A stretch of 37,712 nt of DNA from Octopus sinensis (lineage: Eukaryota), in assembly GCF_006345805.1 (NCBI RefSeq), contig NW_021835895.1:1-37712 (forward strand), in the 5' to 3' direction. The notes beneath the pieces are model-generated. The model worked only from the letters and a program-made list of their open reading frames with translations, was not told where the DNA came from and searched no databases. Below are positions 1 to 12,059 of the stretch, in pieces. A program made the translations under genes and the position numbers. The first letter of the stretch is position 1, and each line of letters starts with the position of its first letter.

Positions 1-7
1 ATGTTGT

Positions 8-180
8 GTGTCTGTGTTTGTCCCCTCAACATCACTTGACAGCAGTTCGGCAAAAGAGACCGATAGAATAAATACTAGGCTTGCAAAGAATAAGTCCTGG
101 GGTAGATTTACTCGACTAAAGGTGGTGCTCCAGCATGGTCACAGTCAAATAACTGAAACAAGTAAAAGAGTAAAAAAAGA
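8..180 (+). mobile_element. SINE family E, 3' portion
   Basis: Matches 8036-8249 (+) and 23981-24356 (-); ends in ...ggtgctccagcatgg...gaaacaagtaaaagagtaaaa tail. Confidence 0.8.
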
Positions 181-189
181 GAGTATCCC

Positions 190-488
190 CGATTGCTTCA
201 GAAGACGAAAAAAAAATTCAACACAATGTGTTGCATAAGATGCCACCTCTATAGCTTTTTGTATTTGGGCAAGTTGACTGACCTCGGACATGACATATTG
301 CTGAAAATAAATTGGCATTTAGACGCACAATTACCGCAGCACTCTGACACGTAGGCTGTCGCTAGAGTTCTGCGTACTACACTTTGCCTGTCATCGTCGT
401 GTCGGTCATACTATAAAAATATTTATGTCGTTAACCTCTCTCACCGCTAATTTGTCCAGAACCATCTCCAAAACCACACAAGCATAAT
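190..488 (-). mobile_element. Possible decayed RTE-type reverse transcriptase fragment
   Basis: Minus translation VVLEMVLDKLAVREVNDINIF...VRVL...QIQKAIEVASYA resembles RTE RT around the FADD region, but the catalytic motif is not intact. Confidence 0.3.
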
Positions 489-489
489 A

Positions 490-490
490 C

Positions 491-536
<46 letters not shown>

Positions 537-561
537 CTATATATATATTATATATATATAG

Positions 562-599
<38 letters not shown>

Positions 600-780
600 T
601 ATATATAGTCAATAATAAAAGGGTAAAATTAATTAATTATTAATTAATTTTACCAAGTAGTGTTCAGTATGTAAAAAGACCATTTAAGGTATATTAAAAC
701 ATTACGTTATATAACTAGGGTTCAGTAAGATAATTTACTTTACCACATACCGAACTTTTAGAAATATTATATATATTATA

Positions 781-828
<48 letters not shown>

Positions 829-885
829 TAATATATATATATATATAGTATATATGTATATATGTATATATATATTTATATATAG
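490..885. repeat. (TA)n microsatellites flanking a ~155-bp AT-rich insert
   Basis: TA runs at ~490-607 and ~765-885 seen directly. Confidence 0.95.
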
Positions 886-1063
886 GCAGAAAGAAGAAAC
901 TTTTAAAAATTTTATATTTCAAGAAAGAATTTACTACTTTATCAAACTATGCTACCGTTCCAATCACTTAAACAGACGATTTCGTCGTGCTGATATAAAA
1001 GGGAAAATAAAATGACATAAAATATTCATGACATCGCTTCTGGAAATTCAAGTTTTTAACATT

Positions 1064-1326
1064 GTACATACATACACACACAGATACAAACATACATACA
1101 TACATACATTCATACATACATACATACATACATACACACACACACATACAAACATACATACAGCATACATACATACATACATACAGACTCACTCTCTCTC
1201 TCTCACGACTGCATACATACATACATACATACATACATACATACATACATACATACAAACATACATACATACATACATACATACAAACATACATACATAC
1301 ATACATACATACATACATACATACAT
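1064..1326. repeat. (TACA)n/(CA)n compound microsatellite
   Basis: Seen directly; source of the spurious HTYI/MYVC ORFs. Confidence 0.95.
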
Positions 1327-1824
1327 TTAGGATAGAGAAGAGAAACTGTACACAATTGTGGAAATTAGCTGCCCACTGGATGTCAACATAAAACTGAAGA
1401 TCAGTGAAAAAGAGAGCACTTATCCGGAACTATTGATAAATCTGCGGTTACTCTATCCAGATTACAAGTTTATGTTTATACCTGTAATTATTTGTGCCCT
1501 GGGATATGTAACACACTCCCTAAATACCGATCTCGAGAAATTAGTCTTCTCAAAAGAGAAAGCTAATTCGAAGACTGCTGATTCAATCTTTCACTGGGAC
1601 TGTAAAAATCTGTAAAACTTTCCAGAATTTATCATTTATATATATATGAGCATGTCTAGATATGCCTGAGAATACATACATACATAACGCATACAAATCT
1701 GCATATACATATATACATACATACAGAAATGCCCAGTTGTTGAAATTCGAATGAGGGAACCTGGGATCCAATTTAAAAACCGGTTCTTTCTCTATTAGCA
1801 AGAAATCTAGAAATAAATTGAATT
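1327..1824 (+). mobile_element. R4/Dong-type non-LTR retrotransposon 3' end (restriction-like endonuclease + 3' UTR), 5'-truncated
   Basis: DREEKLYTIVEISCPLDVNIKLKISEKESTY...FIPVIICALG fits the PD-(D/E)xK endonuclease; 3' UTR matches 5383-5480 (-); bounded by TACA repeats. Confidence 0.85.
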
Positions 1825-1832
1825 ACATACAT

Positions 1833-2900
1833 AGTTCTACACTGGATTAAGTATTTCCTGGCAAATAGAACACAATATGTTGTAGTTGATGGAGTCCACT
1901 CAAGCCCAACAAAAGTCACCAGCGGTGTCCTCCAGGGGACTGTCTTGGGTCCGCTACTCTTCATAATTTACATAAACGACCTTTCCAGTGTTGTACATTA
2001 TTGCAAAGTGAAAATACTTGCTGATGACACTAAGCTCCAGCAAATCGTCAATGAAGAAGCAGACCGAACTCAACTCCAGTCTGATATATATGCTGTGAGT
2101 CAATGGGCAGACAGAAACAAAATGCAACTGAACAAGGGAAAATTTGAGCTGATGCATTTTGGAAGAAATTTCTCACTAAAACAGTCATACAATCTTCTTT
2201 CAGGGGAACCACTCACAGCCTCTAACAATATCAGAGACCTGGGTACTCCAGAGAACAAGGTATCATCATACTACTTTTATCCTCCTTTGTATGGCCACAC
2301 CTCGAATACTGCTGCCCACTGTGGTCTCCCCATACAATACAACACATCTCGAGGATTGAATCACCCCTGAGGGCACTCACTAAACAAATTGAAGGCATGG
2401 CTGCTCTCGATTATTGGGATCGCCTTAAAGCCTTGAAACTCTACTCTCTCCAGCGTCGCCGTGAGCGGTACATCATTTGTACAATGTGGAGAAGATACCG
2501 CCAACTTTGCCCAAACGACCTGAACATTAGCTTCAAGGTTCATCCAAGACTGGGCCATACGTCCCCTGCCCAATTCAAGATCACAGCATACACGTACACT
2601 GCCACATAATTTCTTTTCCTCAACAGGCCCTGCCCTATTTAACATTGTCCCGAAAGAGATCAAAGAGGAAAAGGATCACATCAATTTTAAACGGAGTCTG
2701 GATAGATTCCTTCAAAGAATACCAGATAAGCCACCCATAATTGGGTACAACTGACCCAACAAAAACTCACTACTTGAATGGACCATAAACAAAACTTGAC
2801 TTAAACAGGATTCAAATAATCCTATCAGGTGGTGCTATTAAGATAGACATGGCCTGGACCAATCTTTGGTCGAAACATATCTAAGTTTTATCTAAGTTTT
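1833..2900 (+). mobile_element. CR1-group LINE, RT fragment plus 3' UTR, internally deleted and frameshifted
   Basis: WIKYFLANRTQYVVVDG...SGVLQGTVLGPLLFIIYINDL...ILADDTKL; LKLYSLQRRRERYIIC; ends with (atctaagtttt)x2 tail. Confidence 0.85.
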
Positions 2901-3709
2901 TACATGCATTTTTTTATGTGTTTGTGTATATAAATATATAAATACAAATATATATAAATATAAATATATAAATATTATTTAAATATCAGATAAATAATTG
3001 GTACTTAATAGTATATATATTTAAATTATATTTGAGTATAAAGTAGATTGTTTAATTTTATTGATTTTATTGATAATTATAATAATTGTAATATTTCATT
3101 TGTGTGCTGTTTTATTATAATCTGATATAATTTAATTAATCTTAGGTGTATATTAATTTAGAATATTAGGTAATAATAGTTGAACATACATACATACATA
3201 CATACATACATACATACATACATACATGCATAACAAACTTGCATAGAATTTCTCCTACCAAAATTTCTACATATGAAGCACAAGTAAATTCGAAGTGATA
3301 GGAAAACAAACGTGCCGGCACAACCAAGTACCTTTACCGAACTAAGAAACAGAAATTTACGAAGTATATTTATTGACGCAACAACCCCAAAAAGCCACAG
3401 CTACAAAAACGCCTTCATTCCAAATTTGATGAATTCTATATATTCATTAAGATTATTTAGTCACTTCTTATACTACTGGGGTTAATTAACAGTGATACGT
3501 ATATAAGCATAGCATAAAACTTGACGTTTCCTTAAACTCAGCTCATTTTCAATTTCATATATATATCCTGTTGACTTTGATATGTGCGACTAAATTAGTA
3601 TCAGTCATTAAAATGCTATAATAATTATCTCAAATATGACATTCAACTTAAATTAGTTGTATCCATATATATTCTTATGACACCGCAAGTGTCGTAGAGT
3701 ATATATGCT

Positions 3710-3770
3710 TAGACAGGCAGACAGACAGACAGGCAGATAGATAGATAAATAGACAGACAGACAGACAGAC

Positions 3771-3834
<64 letters not shown>

Positions 3835-4144
3835 TGACAGATATGTTTCTTTATTAGCCACAGAGGGTTGCACACAGACGGGAGCGATTACAAAGTAGAG
3901 CTTTTCTTTTTTGGGGAAAGGAAAAAAAGTGGGGTAGGTTTTCGATCAAAAGGGATCGTAAAAGGGAAAGAAGAAGAAAAAAGAAAAGAAACAACAGAAA
4001 AAACGATCAATAGGGTTCTTGTATCACAGTGTCATGATGTAAAGTGTAAAGGGGGGAGCAGATAAGGTTTATCCGTGAGAAGAAAAGCCTACGGAAAAGA
4101 CCACGGTAACCTCGCTCAATATTGTTAGATAGATAGATAGATAA

Positions 4145-4205
<61 letters not shown>

Positions 4206-4240
4206 CAGATAGATAGATAGATTGATTGATTGATAGATAT
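3710..4240. repeat. (GATA)n/(GACA)n microsatellite split by an insertion
   Basis: GATA tracts at ~3710-3835 and ~4128-4240. Confidence 0.95.
3843..4124 (-). mobile_element. Probable LINE 3' UTR fragment inserted in (GATA)n
   Basis: Minus strand is pyrimidine-rich and ends ...ccctctgtggctAATAAAgaaac, similar to the family A SINE tail. Confidence 0.55.
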
Positions 4241-4455
4241 GAACAATTTATTGAATTGTAAGGTATAATGTCACACTTATATGCGAAGTGATATACTAAT
4301 AAGAATAAGGGGAAGAAAAATGTCGAAATAGTACAAACGCTATCTCGATATGGGTAGAATAATTTAAACTTTCATAATTATCATTGAATGTTAGAACTTT
4401 AGCTCATTGAACACGTTTTTCGTAATGATTCATTTATACGCTTTGAAGACGTTTG

Positions 4456-4535
<80 letters not shown>

Positions 4536-4851
4536 TGGTCTATAAAAGAGTGTTCTAAAGATAATGGATAACGAATTTTTGAAAAAGTTCTTTAGAAAAT
4601 GACTTTTCCAAATAGCGACCGAATTTGATTAAAACCATAAATGATAGGCTTTTTAAAATTACTGTATTTCTCCTTTGTGATAACTGTTGAATGTAGCAAA
4701 ATAATTTAAGGTTCAAGGAATTATAACTGTTGCATTCATACATACATGCATACTTATGTGTGAGGGCTGTATTTATAACAAAAAATGCGTATAGAGAAAC
4801 CTTCATTATTATAGATTTCACCTTAAAAAGCCGACAGTTATTTCTATTGTA

Positions 4852-4908
<57 letters not shown>

Positions 4909-5154
4909 CCATGAAAATAATATTTCTAAAAATATGTTAACACAACGTCGACAAGGTGAGCTCTATAATAAAATTATAATTTTCTCTAAACACATTTTTG
5001 TTTGTATTCTACTTACATTTACACATGTCTAATTGTTGAATATTGTTAACCAAATTGTTTTAAAACTGAGTGCTCCATTGATATCTGCCTGAATTTTTTT
5101 TATCCCTTTTTACTTCTATATATGTATATATGTGTGTCTCTTCTATTTTTTAAT

Positions 5155-5372
5155 TGCCACAAAGCACCTGGTGAACAAGAGAGACAGTGACGCTCTTGTA
5201 ATCCCAAGGTGCAACCGCATCTGTAGGTTATGTCATGTTTCTGTGGAAGACATCACGCGCGTGATTAGCAGATGTCCTAAAACGTCGTCAGGGTATTACC
5301 TCCTTAATGCGACACGCTGTTGTTGCTAAAACAATTTACAATGCCATCCGCAAAAGTGACTGTCCTGATGTA
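5155..5372 (+). mobile_element. R4/Dong-type LINE fragment, CCHC zinc knuckle region
   Basis: ATKHLVNKRD...CRLCHVSVEDITRVISRCPK...RHAVVAKTIY. Confidence 0.75.
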
Positions 5373-5551
5373 CGAATGTATTTCATTATTCAGTTTATTT
5401 CAAGATTTCTTTCCAATAGAGAATGAGCCGGTCTCTGACCTAGAACCAAGACTCCTTCATTGAAATTTCAACATCAACATCATGTATGTATGTATGTATG
5501 TATGTATGTATGTATGTATGTATGTATGTATGTATGTATGTATGTATGTAT

Positions 5552-5995
5552 GAGAAAGTAAGGAGGGATGCCAGGAAGGGCATCGTTGTTACACTTCCAG
5601 AAGGGAAGGGTCTTCCTTTGATTCTGACATGCAATGTCTGTGCAAGACCCTGCCTCAGTAAAGCTGGACTCATGAGTCATCTTCGTAGTCATAAAACGAG
5701 ACAGATGAGTGGCAACCTGGTCACTGGTGGCGGTTGAACACACCATACTAATCATATCTGTCGGGCATGTGGAAGAGAGTGTAATTCGGCAGGAGGACTT
5801 AAACGACATGCAAAGGTACATGAAGCCCAGTTACAACTACCGCCGGCTATTACCAGTAAAGGTTTTAGTTGCTAATTTTGTACAAGACATTGTAGATCAT
5901 CTTTAGCTGGGCTAAAAAGTCACATTCGATCATAGCACCAGTAACAGTTAAGCTTCGTGCAACGGCCAGACTCGATAACGAGGGGGCAGCCATAA
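5552..5995 (+). mobile_element. RTE-type LINE 3' end with three C2H2 zinc fingers
   Basis: One frame: CNVCARPCLSKAGLMSHLRSH, CRACGRECNSAGGLKRHAKVH, C*FCTRHCRSSLAGLKSHIRS; short 3' UTR then (ATGT)n tail; nested in the R4 3' UTR microsatellite. Confidence 0.7.
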
Positions 5996-8035
5996 TGTAT
6001 GTATGTATGCATGTATTTATGTATGTATGCATATATGTGCAGATTTGTATATTTTATGTATGTATCCTTATGCATATACTGGCATATGTAGACTGATCGT
6101 ATATATTTAAGTGATAAACTGGAAAGTTTTACAGATTGTTACAGTGCCAGTGATGGATTGGATCTGTAGTCTTCGAATTTGCTTTCTCCTTTCTGGTTTT
6201 GAGAAGCCTAATGTCTCAAAATTGGTATTTAGGCATTGCATTTCATATGCCAGGGCCCCAATTATCACAGATTAAACCTGAAGTTGTAATCTGGATAGAG
6301 TAACCGCAAATTTCTCAATAGTTCAGCATAGGTGTTCTCCTTTCTCTGATCCTCAACGTTATGTTAACATCCACTGGGCGACTAATTTCCACAACCGTGC
6401 ACAGTTTCTCTACTCTATCTCAAATCCTTATATCAGTCTGCATCGGTTGTCACATTTTACTAATTTTCCTGAATCTCTATCCCTTTTGTGCCTCAGGTAC
6501 TTTGGCTAATATTTCCTGTTCCTGGATTGCAAAGTGGGAGGTAGTAATCCGGCTATTGGTCCGTGATAAAATGCTTTTATGACCGATGTTACTGTTATCA
6601 CGGAGTTTCCTACTTACATATCTATACATAGTCTTCTACTCATATAGGTATTTCCTTTCATCTGATAATACGTTGCGGTAGAGTCGTGCGACTTCTTTGG
6701 GACTGCGTTCTAGATTATCAGACAAAGAGTGTTGCTCAAGGAGCTGCCTTCCAAGTCTTATAATGTTATCAGCCTCATGTAAGCAAACTTGGTCAAGAGA
6801 CGCACTTCGACACTTGGTGGTTAAAAGATGTTGCTGAAGGGATACGATACAACATTCAAAGGCATTTTGGATCGACGTTAAGCCTCTACTGCCTTGTTTT
6901 CGTTCTAGGTGGTGGCGATCTATGTCACTATTTATGTGGAAATTATGTGTTTTTGTTAGTGTTTTTCAGGTTTTCACATCAATGGCTCGGATCTCATCAA
7001 GCGTCCAATCAAGCAGCCCAAATGTTGGTATGAGTACTGACACTGCAAATGCATTGTGGTCCACTGTTTTATTGAATGCAGAGAGTTCTCAGGTCCAAAT
7101 TTTCATTATTCAGCTATAATATAAATTAGTAACATATGTTTTGTTACAGGTGTCATTGTAAGATATATTTTCATCCACCCCTAGATACCCGTAACTTTCC
7201 TCGTCAGATACAGAGGAAACAGTCAAATTATTGATGGAGATGTCACTAGTCTGGTTTATAGGTTTCCCCCTTTTCCCAACCGTATAACAACAATTTTCCT
7301 GACCAAACTCCAACCCTACAACCTTCGATAATTGGAAGTAGGTCAAGGTTCTTTCTCATCTCATGCATATTCTTTGCGTAAAGTTTTAAGTCGTCCACAA
7401 AGAAACCGTGTGTAATTTTGGTAATTCTGCTTCCTTGTGAACCAATGAGATATCTTTCAGACTTCCATAATATGAATGACAAAGGGTTTACTGAAAGTAC
7501 AAACAACATCACAGAGAGGCTGTCCCCTTGGAATATGCCATTGCGATATCGGTGATAATACACCCACTCTTTGTGTTTAATTTCAGGCGGCCCACGATAA
7601 AGTCAGGTAAGCTATGGTTTTAACTATTCTGACTGGAAGTTTAGTAAGTTGAAGGGATTCTAGCATCCATGAGTGGGGAACGGAGTCAAACCCTTGCTTG
7701 TAGTCTGGCCACATTGAAACTAGGTTCTTCCTATGCTCTCGCACCTCTGACATCACAGTTTGATTGATTAGCACTTAGCTCGGCACTTCCCCAAACTCCC
7801 TTCTTCCCAGTTGCTTGTTATTCTGTGATAATGTTGTTGGTTTCACAATGGTCTTGGAGGAAGAGGATTAAGCATGCTATATGTATCTTATACATTACGT
7901 TCTGGCATGCAACTGGCCAGTAGTTTTTTGCCATGTAGCTGGTTCTGCATTTGGGGGATCAATTTTGTCTCCGCCAGTGCTAACCAGTGTGGTATGCTAC
8001 TGTTCCCAAAGAGAGCTTGCTCGTATAGATTGATA

Positions 8036-8249
8036 GTGTGTGTCTGTGTTTGTCCCACCCCACCCAACATCGCTTGACAACCGATGCTTGTGTGTTTACG
8101 TCCCCGTAACTTGGCAGTTCGGCAAGAGACTGATAGAATAAGTACTAGGCTTACACAGAATAACTCCTGGGTTCGATTTGCTCGACTAAATGCGGTGCTC
8201 CAGCATGGCCATAGTCAAATGACTGAAACAAGTAAAAGAGTAAAAGAGG
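8036..8249 (+). mobile_element. SINE family E, 3' portion, inserted in the R4/Dong element
   Basis: Homologous to 8-180 and 23981-24356. Confidence 0.8.
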
Positions 8250-8860
8250 AAGATATGGTCGATAGAATGTTAGCTTCTTGTGCGAATATCCAAGAATCAA
8301 GTCTCTTCCAGTTTCCCTTTCTATCCGGAGTTTCAGGATCACAGTTGCAAGAGTTTCACCATCAATGTTGTATGTCTTGGATGTAACGCAGGAACGTCTT
8401 CGGATTTCTTCAAGCCACAGAGCATCTTGGTTAAATTCGTTTACTTCACTCCAGATTTTCCTTCAGAAGAAGTCTATGTCTTCTCGTGAAGGAGCTTCCG
8501 TGATGTTTACTGCTCTTCTACGCATGTCTCTGTATACTGCTGCCTGGCTGCATTTAAATATTTCGTTTATTGTTCTTCTCTTGGTTATTGGCTTCTAATG
8601 TCGGAGTTTTTCACTGGCATCTTTTAGCTCCTACCTGAAGGTAATCAGTTTCCGAGTGAGTGTCCTCTCTTTGCTCTCTCCACACATCAGTTCTATCTCC
8701 TGCTTTACTTTCTGTTGGTGGAACGCATAGTGCTTTGCTTGTTTGCATGCTATAAGCTTCATTACATGACTGATGGTCTTCGGTAAACTAGTTATCTTTT
8801 TCTCTGTCTTCAAAAGCTATCACGGTACTTTGTTGTATGTTATGTATGTATCTATGTATG

Positions 8861-8912
<52 letters not shown>

Positions 8913-8999
8913 TATTAGAGACAAAACCACTATTTTGCAAAACAAACAAGGAAAGACTTAATCAATACATAAAATTTTAATAAATAGTCAAAAAAACCG

Positions 9000-9042
9000 C
9001 CACTACAATTGTTTCTTGTCTTGATCGACAATCTTCAGGTGG
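9000..9042 (-). ncRNA. Minimal type I hammerhead ribozyme
   Basis: Minus: CCAC CTGAAGA TTGTC-gatcaa-GACAA GAAA CAATTGTA GTGG; stems I and II, palindromic stem III, GUA cleavage triplet. Confidence 0.75.
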
Positions 9043-9088
9043 ACTTCCAATAAGTCAGTTTCAAATTTGAAACTGACTTATTGGAAGT

Positions 9089-9131
9089 CCACCTGAAGAT
9101 TGTCGATCAAGACAAGAAACAAATGTAGTGG
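9089..9131 (+). ncRNA. Minimal type I hammerhead ribozyme
   Basis: CCAC CTGAAGA TTGTC-gatcaa-GACAA GAAA CAAATGTA GTGG. Confidence 0.72.
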
Positions 9132-9302
9132 CGGTTTTTTTGACTATTTATTAAAATTTTATGTATTGATTAAGTCTTTCCTTGTTTGTTTTGCAAAATA
9201 GTGGTTTTGTCTCTAATAATATTTTATAATATTTTACTATAAAATTGGATTAATCCTAAATCTGATTTTTTCCCTGTAAATTTGGATTTATTCCCTAATA
9301 TT

Positions 9303-9384
<82 letters not shown>

Positions 9385-11686
9385 ACGAGTGTGTGTGTGT
9401 GTGTATGAGAGAGCGAGGTGTATAAGGCTTGCAGGTGTATCAAGAGTGTATTTAGGTCACAGGAAAAAAATACGTACCAACCTCAAACAATTTAGTGTTT
9501 GGGTTTGTCTTTTAGCATGCAAATTTTGAAGTTCATAATCTGCTGATTATGAACTTTAAGCATTTCCTCTTCCTTCGATCAATATCTATTAGTTATATGT
9601 CACACCATCATATATTCAATCAATAGTTCTCTTTCTTTAAAAACATTGCTTTTTTTTATTTGTTCATCAAATATTTTTATTCACCAAATATTGAAATTAT
9701 GTTCTGAACGGTATTCGAACCCAGGTAAAGCTATTTTCCTCAAACTTTCATTGCCTCTTCTGTTGTCAAATCCAGTAACACCTTATAACTTCAACGTTCC
9801 CCTTAAATTACATCAGTGCCCCGCGTAGAACAACACCCCCAATTGTTGTTTGACCCTGTTTCGATTACAAATCCTTAAATATTGTTTCGCTTCTATCAAA
9901 CCTCCGTATAACTACCGCCATAAAGTTCATGACTGCATAAGAAACGATTATTTACGAATGTCTTTTGTAAGTACCCGAGAATTCACAATATTCTTTATGG
10001 AATTTTGCATATCTTTTATTTATGTCATAAAATCACACAATTAATTTCTTCTTCACTCTTAATTCGTGGCTATTTTGTTAAGCAAGCATTTTAGTTGATG
10101 ACAATTATCGCATAGAAGGTAATAATTACCTGGAAAGCTCACTTTGTGAATGAGAATTATTTCCCGGGTGAGGTAAGATGCTGGTTTTTACGCCACTAAT
10201 CCTAAAGACATGAGATTCTGAGAATCTCTTCCACTTCCATCCTTGAAAGTTGTTGGCTTTGTGTCTCTGAACAAAATCAATATTTTTCCATTAAAATCTT
10301 CATAATCTTTATTTAATATTATGATGTGACATGGATTTATGTCTGGGCTGTCAACATTCGATCGCTAATAGTATCGTGTATTAGGGTTTCGTTCTTTCTT
10401 TTTTCTTTCCCGTCGGTAAATCTCTTCGCTTTAGAGAACAACACAGTGTCAAATATCGCAACACCGAACAAAACATGTTTGGGTATAAATTAAGAGAAAT
10501 TAAGATTATATTTTATTAGATGGACTATTGTTTATATTTTCACTATAAACGACGTCAATGTAATCTTAAGAAAATCATTCCATTTTCGTGTGATTTAATT
10601 AGCATTTTTACTTGTTTTTAAAATTGCAGACTTTAAATTTATTTATATATTTATTTTCTGATAGTAAAGTCTTTGTGTTGAAGCATATTCCAAATTATTA
10701 ACCAGGCGTATCAGTCTCAGGAGATATTAAATATGAAGCTAATTTTGCCTGCCATTATTGTATTATGTTTATGCCATTCGACCTGTCCTTATCTAGTACA
10801 TAAATTACGCAGAAATTTCCTATTGTTCTACCCATCATAAATCATTCAAATATTAGCAGAGTTTCACCAACTTCTTATAACTTTGCAAAGTCTCAATGTC
10901 GTACATGCTTTCCCTTTTCATTATATTCAAAGTGAGAGATGTGTCACTCGTAATTTTCTCTCGGCACTCACGGCTAGAAATATTTTTGTTTTTACGACAT
11001 AAATGTCTTGGCATCCAGTTATCTTTTGTGAACAAAACTTGTAGAATGTTATAGTCATTTACATACCGATGTCATTCATATAAATTGGATTTCCCGTCTA
11101 AATGTAAGTTGTATCTTCTTTATATTCGACTCAGCAATTTTCTTTAAAATTGTGTTTATTTATCTAGTTAAACTAGATCGCAGCTGTTCCCTACATTAAC
11201 TGTCTTAAATATAATCTATTGTGAAATCTTTCTATTCCAGGTGTGAAATCATATTTATTAAGTTAGAGATAAGCGAGAAATACTTTTCGCTTCTTTCTCC
11301 ATTCGTTATATTGCACTGAAGGAATAGTTTATAGCTGTAGCTGAAGAATGAATTTCTCAGCTATTGGACTGATGTTAACTATATCTTACAGATCATATTC
11401 AATATACCTTTACAAGAGAAACTGAGTAAACAAATGTAAAATATTTCATAAGAGATGCAATCTTTCATAAACGACTTTAGCAATATAATTGTGACAAATA
11501 AATGAAGGACCTATTTCAACCAGGACATCTCCATAAATGTTTGGACAGGTGTATGGTTATAATTGCTATCCATTTTACTGACCCAGCATTTTATAAACAA
11601 ACCGGAGTGTTCTGTATAGGATTTGAACTCAAAATGCTGGTTAATGGAACAAATTACTTAAACGTCTATAATGCTAATTGGTAACT

Positions 11687-11838
11687 ATTTCTTTACTACC
11701 CACAACGGGCTACAAACAGAGTGGACAAGCAAGGACAGACAAACGGATTAAGTCGATTATATCGACCCCACTGCGTAACTGTACTTAATTTATCAACCCC
11801 GAAAGGATGAAAGGCAAAGTCGACCTCGGCGGAATTTA
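11687..11838 (-). mobile_element. SINE family A, 5'-truncated
   Basis: Matches core and tail of 21833-22060. Confidence 0.85.
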
Positions 11839-12059
11839 ATTAGTACCGCTTCTGTTTAACATGTGACTGGTAACGATTTATAACTTTTCGAAATCCAACG
11901 TGTTGTGTTCATAATCGATTTAAAAAAAGTAATTAAGGATTGCAAATTATTTCATCAGCCATTGAACTGCTACTACTACCAACCGCTCTATTGACAAAAG
12001 ATGACATTTTATCAGACATTTTGACATTTCTGACTAAATGTGCATATTCTTTTCTTCTT

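Larger units (their letters stand above)
5383..8825 (-). mobile_element. R4/Dong-type non-LTR retrotransposon, long decayed copy with nested insertions
   Basis: Minus ORF pieces WLALAETKLIP, DYKQGFDSVPHSW, GIFQGDSLS, FFVDDLKLYA, YGYLGV, FAIQEQEI, endonuclease VVEIS.P.DVNI; 3' UTR at ~6110-5995 and 5383-5480. Confidence 0.9.
8903..9305. mobile_element. Penelope-like pLTR fold-back (326-bp palindrome plus ~75-bp extension) in (TA)n
   Basis: Arms 8903-9065 and 9066-9228 are reverse complements with one mismatch and no spacer; each arm has a hammerhead motif; flanked by TA tracts. Confidence 0.7.

Noticed and set aside
965-1045. Hammerhead-like motif on minus (CAGAAGCG...GACGAAATCGTC)
   Set aside because: Core deviates from CUGANGA and stem I cannot be formed convincingly
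968-1391. ORFs rich in MYVC/HTYI (also 406-612, 3675-4246, 5440-5737 start, 31511-32041)
   Set aside because: Translations of microsatellites, not proteins
2985-3185. Possible mitochondrial insertion (very AT-rich)
   Set aside because: No recognisable mitochondrial gene, tRNA or rRNA motif
5630-5935. Host C2H2 zinc-finger gene
   Set aside because: No TGEKP linkers, in-frame stops, retroelement-type tail and nested position
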